Shown here: in pieces, positions 16,260 through 39,621 of the stretch
Layout: each line of letters opens with the position of its first letter
Position numbering within the stretch: position 1 is the stretch's first letter
Origin: the human T2T-CHM13v2.0 reference genome, Homo sapiens
Assembly: GCF_009914755.1 (NCBI RefSeq)
Contig: NC_060946.1
Length of the DNA: 64,000 bases
Reading direction: 5' to 3' (one strand)
The notes under the pieces: model-generated
Told to the model about the DNA's origin: nothing
Database searches by the model: none
The model's input: the letters and a program-made list of their open reading frames with translations, nothing else
Translations under genes and position numbers: made by a program

Positions 16260-17900
16260 TATTCACCTCTCTGTTAAAAACAGCGATAAAACTGGCAAGA
16301 ACTGGGAGATTCAGAATTATGGAAATTAACCACAGGCTTGCAGCAACACAGGGAACATTTAAAGTCAGGAAAAACAGCTGAAGCTGAGTGAGAATGGGAA
16401 CTCCAGGGTGTTTTAACTCACTCTGGTCCCACTCCCACCTCAGCGGCAGCCCTGAACAGTGATGTGTCAGAGAGAGCAGAACTCAGCTGGGGTCTTTCAA
16501 AGCCCCCCCACAAAGAAGAGTCAGAGTCAGCAACTATAGGGTCATCTTCATCCAACTTCACCGGAGCTCAGCCAGGGCTAAAAGCCTTTCTCTGGGGGCA
16601 TTTGTCTGAGGTTTTCTTCTCACAGCTGCCTGAGGGGATAGGTAACAGTTAGAGCCAACAACAGACTGCCCAAAAAGCTTCAAAGGAAAAGCCAAAGTAT
16701 GAGATGTCTGCTGGAGCTTTGAAAGGTTCCAGCATATTCCTGGGAACCTAGGCCAGGCGCATGCACAGCACTGTGCACACATCAGGAAGGACCAACGAGG
16801 CCCTGAACCCTCACCTCCAGCTGACCTTGATCTCTGCAGAAGCAGGAAGTGAAGGCTAGGGCAGAGCTGTCTGCTGCCTGTTGAGTGTGGAAGGCATCCC
16901 CTCCAAACGCACACAGAGCCCTCAGCAAAGACCGGGAGAGTTCTTAGTTTAGGGAAATCTCCATGCAGTTCTTAGCTGACCACTAAGCTAACCAAGTAAA
17001 GACTTCAGTGGCCACATACATCAAAGAATAAGAGTCTACAAAGTCAGTTCCGAAAAGTCACCAAATAAGCAGCTGTAACAACAGAATCCTGGGGCAGAGG
17101 GAGAATCTGGTTTCCAAAGTTATCGCATTAAATTATTTGAAATGTTCAGCTTTCAATAAAAAAATTACAAGATACGTGAAGAAACAAGAAACCATGACCC
17201 TTACACCCCACTGGAAGGAATGTAAAACACAGTCATTGTGGAAAACAGTCTGAGGTTCCTTGAAACGTTCCTTGAAAGATTCAACATAAAGTTACCACAT
17301 GACCCAGCAGTTCTGCTCCTAAGTGTAACCCAAGAGAAGTGAAAACTGAAGTCCACCAAAAAACTTCTTTGCAGATGTTCACAGCGGCACTATTCATAAT
17401 AGCTAAAAAGTGGAAATAACACATGTGTTTATCCAAGCAAGTAGATAAACAAAGTGTGGTCTATCCATACAATGGAATAGTATCTAGCCATAAAAAGGAA
17501 TGATACTGACACACACTACAATGTAGGTGAACCTGGAGGATGTTATGCTCAGTGAAGTAAGCCAGTCACTAAGGGACACACACATACGAGTCACTAAGGG
17601 ACACACACGTACCAGTTACATGAGAAGGACTTACATGTACGATTTCACTTACACGAGGTGCCTAGTGTTGTCACATTCATAGAGACAGAAAGTAGGTGGT
17701 GGTTTCTAGGGGCTGGGGGAGGAGGCGCTGGGGAGTAGGGTTTAATGGGAATAGTTTCAGTTCAGGGATGATGGAAGGAGTTCTGGCAATGGATGGTGGT
17801 GACTGATGGCCGCACAGCTCTGTGAATGTACTAAAAACCACTGAATTGTACCCTAAAAAAGGCTAAATTTTATAGCGTGTGAATTTTATTTCAAACTTTT
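16260..17900 (+). mobile_element. Old L1 (L1M 5' region plus L1MB-like 3' end)
   Basis: L1 3' motifs ATCCATACAATGGAATA, CATAGAGACAGAAAGTAG and CCACTGAATTGTAC; includes a 25-bp tandem duplication at 17564-17613. Confidence 0.75.
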
Positions 17901-18289
17901 TTTAAACTGGGGGACGTGAAGGAGGAAGATGAAGAATGAGGCTTATATCCTGAATGTTCCAACATTCTGAGGCTGAAGGGAAAAGGGGGAATCAGCAATG
18001 GAGACTTAGGAAGCAGGATCCTGGTGTGGAAGGGGACAGATCCAGCGGGGCAGGGGGAGAGCAGAACGAGAGCTGTCCTGAGGATCTGGCAGCGTGGAGG
18101 CCACTGGGGACCCCACATTTCAGCAGTGTGGATTCAAGAGAATTGGAAAGCAGAAAGTGATGATAGTGAGTATAGGGGGAAAGGGTGTGCAAGCTGCTGC
18201 TGTGGGAAGCACGTGTGTAAAAACGTATCCCTCAAAGAGGCCGGGAATGGGCCACGGCAGCAGGGACGCTATGCTCTGGGGACACTCAC

Positions 18290-18352
18290 GTGCGTGGGGT
18301 ATCTCGGCCGCCCTCCAGTAGCAATGATGATGTGATCGGCTGACAGCAGAAT
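18290..18352 (-). CDS. TXNRD2: TXNRD2 exon 7 (63 nt)
   Basis: cctcag|ATT...CAC|gtgagt; encodes ILLSADHIIIATGGRPRYPTH (conserved ATG motif). Confidence 0.97.
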
Positions 18353-18831
18353 CTGAGGAGAAAAAGAGAAAGCCGTGGGTCAGACAGGTGCATGGTGATC
18401 ACCCCACCGGAGGGCCTGAGCACCACAGACCTTGGCCAGCAGTTCCCACGGCCCCTGCCCTGTAGCGTGGACCCTTGGCCAGCAGTTCAGAGGCCCTATG
18501 GAGCTGGAATCCCATCAACCATCAGCCTGGCAGGAGGGGGACAGGCAGAAAGCACAGGGAGATGTTCTAACTCCAAGCACTTCAAGGCACCCTCAAATCC
18601 CCAAAAAATCCTGCAAAAAGGGTGTGGTCACCAACCCTGTTGCCATGCCACTCCGAGCAGCAGGGCAGCAAATTATTTGATCACGTTAAAGACAAGTGCC
18701 CAGCCTCAAAAGAAGCCACCTTTTTGATTCCAGCAGCACGTGTTACTAAGAACAGCACCCAGGCCAAACACAGCTGCAGTTGGTGCCCAAGGTCTGCAGA
18801 AGGGTCCACAAGGAGCCACGCGAGTAAGTCA

Positions 18832-19146
<315 letters not shown>

Positions 19147-19399
19147 TCAAAGCAGGGACGGAAGCCAGCTCAGCACGGTCCTAAGAGGCCACGTACAGCC
19201 CTGGTGTGCAGCAAGAGGTGGCTGGACCTCTCTTGGGGACAGTCCTCATCACCCGGACATGTTCCAGCAGGGAGCTGTGGTGCCCACCAGATGGTGTCAC
19301 CTTCTGATTTCAGGGGTGTGGTAACACCAAGAGAACGGGCATGACAAGGCTGGCAAAACAGTGGCTGGGAGCATAGTGCACAGAAACAAATGACCCACG

Positions 19400-19985
<586 letters not shown>

Positions 19986-21214
19986 ACACTTTCTAATGAC
20001 AAAAGGACCGTGCTGCAGCAAGGGTTCTGGGAAGGCTCTGCCTCCTGCTTGAGCCTGCCTTCTCCCCACTGGCAAGCCTGTGCCTCTATGGGCTGTCTGA
20101 GCTGCGTGAAGTTCCTACAGCAAGAGCCCTTCAATCACCTCGACAGCCAGGAAGCTGCCACGGGACACAGCCGGGCAATGCTCATGGCAGCACTTTTCAG
20201 AAGAGTGAAAAAGCAGAAACAGCCCAGGTGCGCCCCAGCCTCCTTCTGCAGGTGGCTCCGGAGCAGGCAGTGGGCTGGGCCTGTTTGGTGCCCGTCCAGG
20301 AGCTGCCCAGGGCAGGGAGGAGGGAGGGCAGAGCCTGCTGTCCCCAGGAAACTGTACCAGGGGATACAGAGCCCCACAGAGAAACACAGAAATGCCACAG
20401 CACAATGTGGCTTAGCTCCCTGGATAGGGGAGAGCTTGTGAGGTCCAGGTGGAGGGCAAGCAGTTGGCTTCCTGGCTCCACTTTCCTGGATTTAGTGAGC
20501 ACAAAACTGCTGCCTGCTGTGAAGCCCCAGGAAGACCCGCCCTGGGGCCAAGCAAATGGTGCATGAGGAGAGCCACCAGACCTCTGCGGGACCACTGTCC
20601 CCTCCACAGCCCCGGGAGAAAGGCTGGGCCAGAGGCGGTACCAGTTTCAGGCATCTGCTGTGCTGGCAGCTGAGCCCCAGGAGAAGGTTGTAGGCCAGGG
20701 GAGCATAGGCCTCTGTGCTGGAGATCCCCAGGGGCTGACAGGAACGGTGACCAAGTAGGGACATTTGCTCCAGCGGAAAGCACCAAGCTCCTGCACCCAC
20801 ACCCAAGGAGCTGGAGGTGTGCAGTAAGAAGGGGGTTCACGGGGTGGGGGCTTGCCACTGGGATGACCCTCACCACATATTAGCCCCAGGCCTAGCTATG
20901 TCCACGCTCTCTGGCCTGAGGCCTTCCAGCCCCAAGCGCCTCCTCCCTGTGCAGCCCTGGGCTCTGGCCATTCTGCCAATGTGGCCTCACTCATTCCTTG
21001 GCAGCACCTCCAGGCTCTGCTCAGCAGCAAAGGGCAGTCTCCCCTTCCCCTACAGTCACTCCCATCTGCTCCTTGTCCTCATCCCCACCCATGAGCAGGA
21101 CATGAACTCCCAGAGCCTGCCAGAGCATGCTCTGCACAGTAAGTAAGTGTGTGTCCAGGCACAGAACGCCCAAGAGAAGGCCCAGAGGGCGGCCCATTCC
21201 CGGAGAGAGCTTCA

Positions 21215-21382
<168 letters not shown>

Positions 21383-21682
21383 TCATAGAAATATCAAAAA
21401 ACAAGAGTGCTTTTAAAGGTGGCAAAACGTGACATCCATCCCTACGTGCAACCGCCTGTCCCAGGCTCAGGGCTGCAGACCTTTGGACTCACAGAAAACA
21501 GGGGCTCTGACCCACGGCTCTCCAGATGCAGCTGCTCTGTGCCCCAAAGGCTACCCACTGCAGGCAGAGGCCTATCTGAGCCAATGTGGGTGTGGCTGGG
21601 CCACGTGGTCCCCTTCCCAGAAGAGCTCAGCTGAAGCGGCCTCCCACCCGCACTCCTGGCCTTGGAGATGCACTGTTCTTGG

Positions 21683-21830
21683 TGGGGCTGTGCTGTGCAT
21701 GGCTGTAGCATCCCTGGGCTCCCCGCAAAGGGGAGCAAACCCTTCCCCAGTGACAACCAAAACTGTCTCCAGACATTCCCAAATGTCTGAGGCAGACAGC
21801 GCAGAGTCGCCCCTGGCTGAGAAACCCATC
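21683..21830 (+). mobile_element. MER20-like hAT DNA transposon fragment
   Basis: GTGACAACCAAAACTGTCTCCAGACATT...CCCCTGGCTGAGAAACC. Confidence 0.65.
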
Positions 21831-21934
21831 CTACGGCCCACTCCCCATGAGGGCTCATCGAGGATAAGCCTCCTCTTCCTCTTCCACCCAAGAGTAGAAG
21901 AAAAGCACTGGAATGCCACGGCGCCAGATCCTTA

Positions 21935-22108
<174 letters not shown>

Positions 22109-22267
22109 TTATGTTCAGGTGACTGCTGGAGGCTTCCCTGTTCTTCTAGAGTGTTTGGAATTCCTTAAAGTTGCTTTGTAACTCTAACACAGACCAGCTG
22201 ACATGCCACACGAATCTGCTCTCTATAACTGTACTCGAAAATAAAAACAGTTGTTTTTACTTTTTAA

Positions 22268-25125
<2,858 letters not shown>

Positions 25126-25949
25126 CCAGTGTGCCAGTGTGTAACTCCCACATCTGACCACGATGGAGCAGCAGGGCCCAGATTTACCCTCCCCCTGAAG
25201 CAACCCAAAACCCAGGTAAAATGCATGAAACAACGGGCTTTCAGGTACTCCATGTCAGGTAACAAAGGACCTGAGAGAGAGGAAACAAACATGGTGAGCC
25301 CTGGGGAGTCTCCAGGACCCAGCACTGCAGGCTGGGGAAGATGGGGAGAATCCAGCACAGGAGAGGGCTGAGAACTGGGGGAGACTGAGGCAGCCAGAGG
25401 TCATGCACAGAAGACAGTGAGGAGGGGGCTGCCCAGAGAATCTGAGAGATCTGATCGGCGCATGTGTCTTGGGAAACTACCTGAGACCAGACAGAACCAC
25501 CTGGAAGGACTGGAGGGGACAGAGCCCACACAGGGCAGGGGACAGTGCCTGTTCCCAGAATCTGGACTGGGAAAAGCATATAATTCCTGGGGCGTTGGGT
25601 CATGCCCCAGTAGTTGAGAATCATTAGCCCTAGACTGGGCACTGCTCCATACCCACCTAACAAATCTTTTGCAGAAGACCCAAAAGGATCAAACTGACTC
25701 TTAATAACTGCATCCCAGAACAGAGCTCAATAATAGTATTTCTAGAAATACAAAAATGCCCAGAACCCAACAAGGTAAATTCAAGTGTCTGGCATTCAAC
25801 CAAAAATTACCAGTCACACAAAGAAGCAGGAAAATACACCTATAAAGGGGACAAAAAAAAATCAGTCAATGGAGACTGACTTGGAACAGACACAGATGTC
25901 AGAATTAGCAGAAAAGATCAATAAAACAGGTATTCTAACTATTCCATAC

Positions 25950-28225
<2,276 letters not shown>

Positions 28226-28818
28226 AGCCATTCTGCATGTTCAAACAGTGCAGGAGCAACATGGAAGATATAACCAAAGGCTCAAGCTGGATTGTAGAGA
28301 TGAAAACTACAATACAGGAGATGAAAAATACACTGGACGGGATTAATGGCAGGTCAGATGTTGCAGAATCTTTTATTGGTGGGTTTGAAAACATAGGAAT
28401 AGAAACTATCCAAAATGAAACGCAGAGTAAGAAATGTTTCTAATGAAAAGAGCATCAGTAGGTTGTGGGGAAGCTTCATGCAGCCTAATATACATGGAAT
28501 TAAAAGTCCCCACATGTGAGGGGAAGAAGGAGGGACTCAAGGCCAATGAAAAGAGAAAATCCTAAAAGCAACCAAGACACACTACAGAGACACTAAGATA
28601 AAAATAGTAGCAGATTTCTCACTGGAAACAATGCAAGCCAGAAGTCAGAGGGGCAAAATTTTTAAAGTACTGAAAAAAAAAAAAAAAGCGGGGGGCCAGG
28701 CATGGTGGCTCACGCCTGTAATCCCAGCACTTTGGGAGGCCAAGGGGGGCGGATCACAAGGTCAGGAGATCGAGACCATCCTGGCTAACACGGCGAAGCC
28801 CCGTTTCTACTAAAATCA

Positions 28819-29214
<396 letters not shown>

Positions 29215-29743
29215 TTAAACAAAAATAATAATGATGTATCATGGATTTATAACATGTAACAGTAAACACATGATATAATAACATAGAATGAAGGTTAGGA
29301 GGGGTGGAATAGATGTATGCTTTTTTAAGGGTAGACTGGCAAGTTAAGGTACATGCCATAAACCCTAAAGCAACTCAAAATAAATCAAAGACCTAACTGT
29401 AAGAGCTTGAACTATAAAATGCTTAGAAGAAAACACAGGTGTAAATCTTTGTGATCTTGGATTTCTTAGCTATGATACCAAAATCATAAGCAACAAAGGA
29501 AAAAAATAGATAAATTAGGACTTCACCAAAATTTAAAACTTTTGTGGCACAAAGGATACCATCAAGAAAGTGCAGGGCCGGGCATGGTGGCTCACGCCTG
29601 TAATCCCAGCACTTTGGGAGGCCGAGGCGGGTGGATCACCTGAGGTCAGGAGTTCAAGACCAGCCTCAACATGGAGAAACCCTTTCTCTACTAAAAATAC
29701 AAAATTAGCCAGGCGTGGTGGTGCATGCCTGTAATCCCAGCTA

Positions 29744-30152
<409 letters not shown>

Positions 30153-30269
30153 TCAGGGTGACAGAGCGAGACTCCATCTCAAAAAACAAAACAACGGCGG
30201 CTCACACCTGTTAATCCCAACCCTTTGGGAGGCCAAGGTGGGTGGAACACTTGAGAGGTCAAGAGTTCA

Positions 30270-31572
<1,303 letters not shown>

Positions 31573-31626
31573 TACGTAATGTGAGGTATATCTCAATAAA
31601 ACTATTCTAAAAATATGAAACACTTA

Positions 31627-31785
<159 letters not shown>

Positions 31786-32303
31786 TCATCTTTCTTTTTT
31801 TTAATAAAAAAAAAAAACTTGAGTAAAAAAGAAACTACAAAATGCTGCTAAAAGAAATGAAAAAATACCTAAATAAGAGATATACCACACGATCCAGTTG
31901 GTCCATTTTTAGGCACTTACCCAAAATAATTTAAAACATATATCCACACAAACACACAGACAGACGTTCACAGCAATACTGTCCACAATGGCCAAAAGGT
32001 GGAAACAATTCAAGTGTCCAGCTACAGGGGAACACGTACACGAAACGGCACAGCCATAAACAGAACACTACTCAGCAATGAAAAGCAAGAAACCATCGAC
32101 ACTCGCGCCAACGAAGATGAGTCTCAAGGTCATTACCCTGAGTGAAAGAAGCCAGAAGAGGAAGATGACATACAGCAGCATTCCGTTTATACGCAATTAT
32201 AGAAAATGCAAACTATAGTGACAGACAGCACATGCCTGGTTGCCTAGGATGCAGAAGTGGGGGAAGCCGGAAGGAACTGCCAAGGTTTCAGAAAATGTTG
32301 GGG

Positions 32304-33446
<1,143 letters not shown>

Positions 33447-34720
33447 GGGTGGAGGACACACTCGCCAATCTTGACTGCGGTACTGGCTGCATGGACACAT
33501 GCACACATAAGAATGATCAGGTTGCCCATTTTGATAGGTACAGTTCATCTCAAAAAAGCCACAAAACCACGTCATCCTCTGCAGGGAAATGCCACTCTCA
33601 TGAAAGGCGGAGACATACCCAGGAGCTGTCCACATTCCGGATTAAAGGGGACTCAGGTCTCTGCAGCTGGTCACTCCCAGCATGGGAGTGAACGCACAGC
33701 CCAGGTGCCCGGTCTGCTAAAAGGAACAGCACTAGGCCTCGTGGCTGCCTGCGCCATCGTTTCTGGGAGTGGTTCTGAGAGTACAGTGTGGCACTGATCC
33801 TGGGTGCCTCTGCGGATCCCCAATAGGCCAGGAGACTTCCCAGGTTCCTACACACTCCCCGGCCCCCACAGAGCAAGAGTAGTGGATTTCTTTTACACCA
33901 TGTATGCTTCTAGAGCCCAATACTGGACATCAGAGAAGCACAGCTTCAGGGCCAAAGTGCCCAGTTAACTCCCTCTCATTTCAGCCCCACCTCCCTCTCA
34001 TCCCCTTCCCTCCCCATTCACCACAACTGCCCTCTTATCATTGTGTAGACATGGCCAGAGCAGACCAGGAACTCCTACAGCAGGGCACAGAGTCTGGCAA
34101 AGTGCTGGTGGCCTGTGCATCACGTGGGTTAGCAGAGAACTGCAAAGTGTCATCTCTGGACACCTCTGGGTCCAGCCCGTTCGCCCAACATCTTTACTCA
34201 ATGGGTGCCAGGCCAAGTACAAGACTCACCCAGCAGAACTGACCATGGACCCTGGGGGAAGGCACCAGCACTAAGAACAAGGACAGGGACAAGCAGGAGG
34301 GTGCAGCTCCAGCCTCGCAGCTAGCCGGGCAGGGGCAGAGAGCAGGCAGGCAGGGTGACAGCCACAGTAAGGTGAAGGAGAGGACTGTCCAGAAGCACGT
34401 GAAGGAAAGTGGGGAGCCCACGGAGGGTGTGAGTGGTGGGAGCTGAGACTAGTCGGATTGGGGCTGTCACTGTGAGTAAAGCAGAAGAGCTGGAGGGCTG
34501 GAGCTGAGGAAGGCAGTTCAGCCATGAAGTGCCACGGCGGCCGCTGGGTACAGCAGACAGCTGGAGAGTGGCAGGGAACAAGCCACAACACAGAGGCCAC
34601 TGGGGTGACCCCAGCAGGGAGGCAACGCATTTTGCTCATGGACGTTTTCTGGACAGCACCACCCTCTCTAGGGGCCCTAAAAGCTTCGAGGCCTTGCCAC
34701 GAAGTATACAGAATACATAC

Positions 34721-34789
34721 CCTCCTTGGCACAAGCCAGGCCACCAGATCCCCCGCCGACCACCAGGAGATCATAGTCCCGCTGACCTG
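34721..34789 (-). CDS. TXNRD2: TXNRD2 exon 2 (69 nt), FAD-binding GxGxxG motif
   Basis: Acceptor ctctcag|CAG, donor AGG|gtatgt; encodes AGQRDYDLLVVGGGSGGLACAKE. Confidence 0.97.
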
Positions 34790-35632
34790 CTGAGAGAAGG
34801 GATGAGAGGTGGGACGGACTGTCTGTCTGGTTAAACGTGGTACAGGATCAATTTTATCAGGATTGGACACTCCATTCTGTGATGGTCAGGGGTGACAAGA
34901 CACCACACAACAGAGCAGAAAGAGTGACTCGATACACATAGTCTGTGCAAATCCAGAGACCAAGCCATATGGTGGTGAGGTTGGCCGTGGGCGTGTGTGA
35001 TCATCTTTGCAAATCACACGCACACCATACCAACCACTCTGAACTCAAACCTCACCCAGTGTTCTCAGCCAGACACAGAACTAAGATATTTTCTTTTTTA
35101 TTCTATTTATTTTTGAGACAGGATCTCACTCTGTCACCCAGAAGATTGTAGTCCACTGCCCTGCTTGGGGGAGGGATGAAAGGTGAGAAGGAACACGGTC
35201 AGCACAGGGCTGGGACATAGACCCGGAAGGGCCCCCACGACAGGGGCACAGTGGCACAATCACAGCTCACTGCAGCCTCTACCTCTTGGGCTCAAGTGAT
35301 CCTCTAGCCTCAGCCTCCAGAATAGCTGGGACTACAAGCACCGATCACCACGTCCAGCTAAATTTTTTTGTTTTGTAGAGATGGGGTCTGGCTATGTTGC
35401 CCAGGCTGGTCTCAAACACCTGGCCTCAAGCAATCCTTCCACCTTGGCCTCCCAAGGTGCTAGAATTACAAGCATGAGCCACCAAGGTGGACTAAAACAT
35501 TCTCAAGTCCACGTGCCTTTCAGTTGTGAAGGCTGCCCTCCGTCACAAGTGAGCAAGAATAAAAGCACAGGCTAGGGGCGGTAGCTCACGCCTGTAATCC
35601 CAGCACTTTTGGAGGCCAAGGCGGGTGGATCA

Positions 35633-35949
<317 letters not shown>

Positions 35950-36047
35950 TCAGCTAGGAGGGAAGCCACCCTGGGCACAGGGAGAGCTGCCTGGGCTCAG
36001 GTTTCATCCCTGGAATTCCTTTTGGGCTGGTTGTGGTGTCGCCTCAC

Positions 36048-36060
36048 CTTGGTCCTCCAT
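36048..36060 (-). CDS. TXNRD2: TXNRD2 alternative first exon (coding part ATG GAG GAC CAA G = MEDQ), isoform without the targeting peptide
   Basis: Kozak GCCACCATGG and donor AAG|gtgagg; phase 1 joins exon 2 in frame to give MEDQAGQRDYDLL, matching a recalled TrxR2 isoform. The 5' boundary of the exon was not determined. Confidence 0.85.
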
Positions 36061-37797
36061 GGTGGCTCACTGCACATAGTGCCACTCTCAGCCTTTTTAG
36101 CCTGCAAAAGGTGTCATCGTGTCTACTCTGCAAGCTACTGGCGAGGAAGGCAGGCAAGGGGCAGCCAAAAAAGGGAGGGATGGAGAAGGGACTGGAGGGA
36201 GGAAGTAGAGAGGGGAAGTACACTGAACTGGGCCTGAGGTCCGGGACACCCAGCACCAGGCACCAGCCAACTCCCTGCTGAAGGAAGGAAGAAATAATAG
36301 CAAGTCATCAGTCTGCTGGGGTGAGGGCAGGGTGGGGACTGATGACAAGACTCTAGGGTATAAAACAAGTAGTGCCCTCAGCCCCTCTGCAGACACGAGC
36401 CTGCCCAGATGAGAAGCACCACCCTCCCAGAGCATCTGGAGCCGGTCGCTGCTTCAGACAAGGCCAAGAGGTTCCATGATCAGAGCAGGGTCTGTCATAC
36501 AAGGCTGGGCAACCTGCCCAACACCTCCATCAGAGCCTAGCGTCTGCCATGAGAAGGCTGCACTTATCTTTGCAGCCACCTCCACCTTCCTAGGCAGGCA
36601 AGGCTGCAGAGAGTGTACTTGGAGTGTCATGTCTCTCCACACCCTGGCCCTGCAGATGCCCCACAGACAGGTCTAGAACATGCACTCCTAAAGGATACAA
36701 GAGCTGGAGCCTAGAGGAGCCCTGGCTCACAGCTGAGAAAGCTTGGGAAGCTGCATCCAGGCACTCAGGCCATGGCCTGCAGCGAGCCTGCCCCACAACC
36801 AAACCCACCCACTCTTTCACCTGGCAGCCAGCCTCTGAGTGCACGTGAGATGTGTGCGCACCTGCGGGAACTGACAGAGCCACAACTCGGTTCCAACAGC
36901 CAGTCCAAAGCACACTCAATTCCTAATTCAACTCAAGGGCTCTGGAAAGGCCTAAATTGTTGTAAATTATTCTAATGGCTTTAATATAAGTCTAGAGAAC
37001 CAAGGACTGCTGGTCAGGGAGAAAATGCCACCAGGTCCCCCGGGGAGCATGAACCTGCTGATGGAGAAGCATCTCTCTCCTCCAGCTGCCTGGTAGCCGG
37101 AAGCTTTGCTCAGAACGTCCCTACCTTCCATGGCAGGTGCCTGTCCTTCTTGTTGCCATAGCAGGGCCCTTGTTAGGTCATCCTGCCCTGCAGCCTCGCA
37201 CTGTGCCCCCTCTGTCTGCTATCAGGCAGGGTGAGCAGCTGTCTGTATGGATGTGCTTATCTTGGGCAGCTTGCTCGCCCCCTGTGCACACCCAGGAGCC
37301 CTCTCGGGCTGATAAACACTGGCATAGGGCAGTCGTTTGCAAGCATAGGAAATCTGCCTTTAAGCACTTGGAAGGGCTTGGGTAGCCTGCTGGGAAGGAA
37401 GGACCCCAAAGTACCTCAAAGGTGGGTAGGGCAGATGCTGTTCTGTGGGAGGAAGGGCTGGGTGGCAGGCGTTACCTGGGGACACACCACCTGTGCACTC
37501 CAGTGTCCTGGAGAACCTCATAACCTTGCCTTTCACCCACTTTAGCCAGGCATACCCTCTCCACCTGCAGGGCTTGGCCCCAGCAAGTGTCTGTCTTGCC
37601 TCTGCCTTCTGACATATTGTCCATTAATTTTCTGCTCCTCTTTGAACCCACTGCCTGGTACAGGCCAGCAAAGAGCAGGAGCCCAGAGCTCATAGCAAGG
37701 CCCAAGAGAATGCAGCACTGCACCAGTGAGGGCAAGTGGAAGGGTCCCCCAAAATGTGCACCCACAGGCAGGCTGGCCACCTCAGGGTGCCACCTCA

Positions 37798-38100
<303 letters not shown>

Positions 38101-38128
38101 CTAGTCTGGGTACAGTGGCTCACACCTG

Positions 38129-39466
<1,338 letters not shown>

Positions 39467-39468
39467 TC

Positions 39469-39486
39469 TGGCGCCCAACGTGGTTT
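39469..39486 (+). other. tRNA-Lys primer binding site of the HML-8 provirus
   Basis: TGGCGCCCAACGTGG directly after the LTR end. Confidence 0.88.
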
Positions 39487-39621
39487 TCTTTTTCCTAAGT
39501 GCATGTGGGAACCCGATTCCCTTTGGTAGGTGCGGAGAAATGTTCATCGGTCCAGTCCACAGAAATGCTTGTTTGGCTCCCCAACGATTGGTGAGTTGTC
39601 TGTGTATTCTCCGGGGTAACT

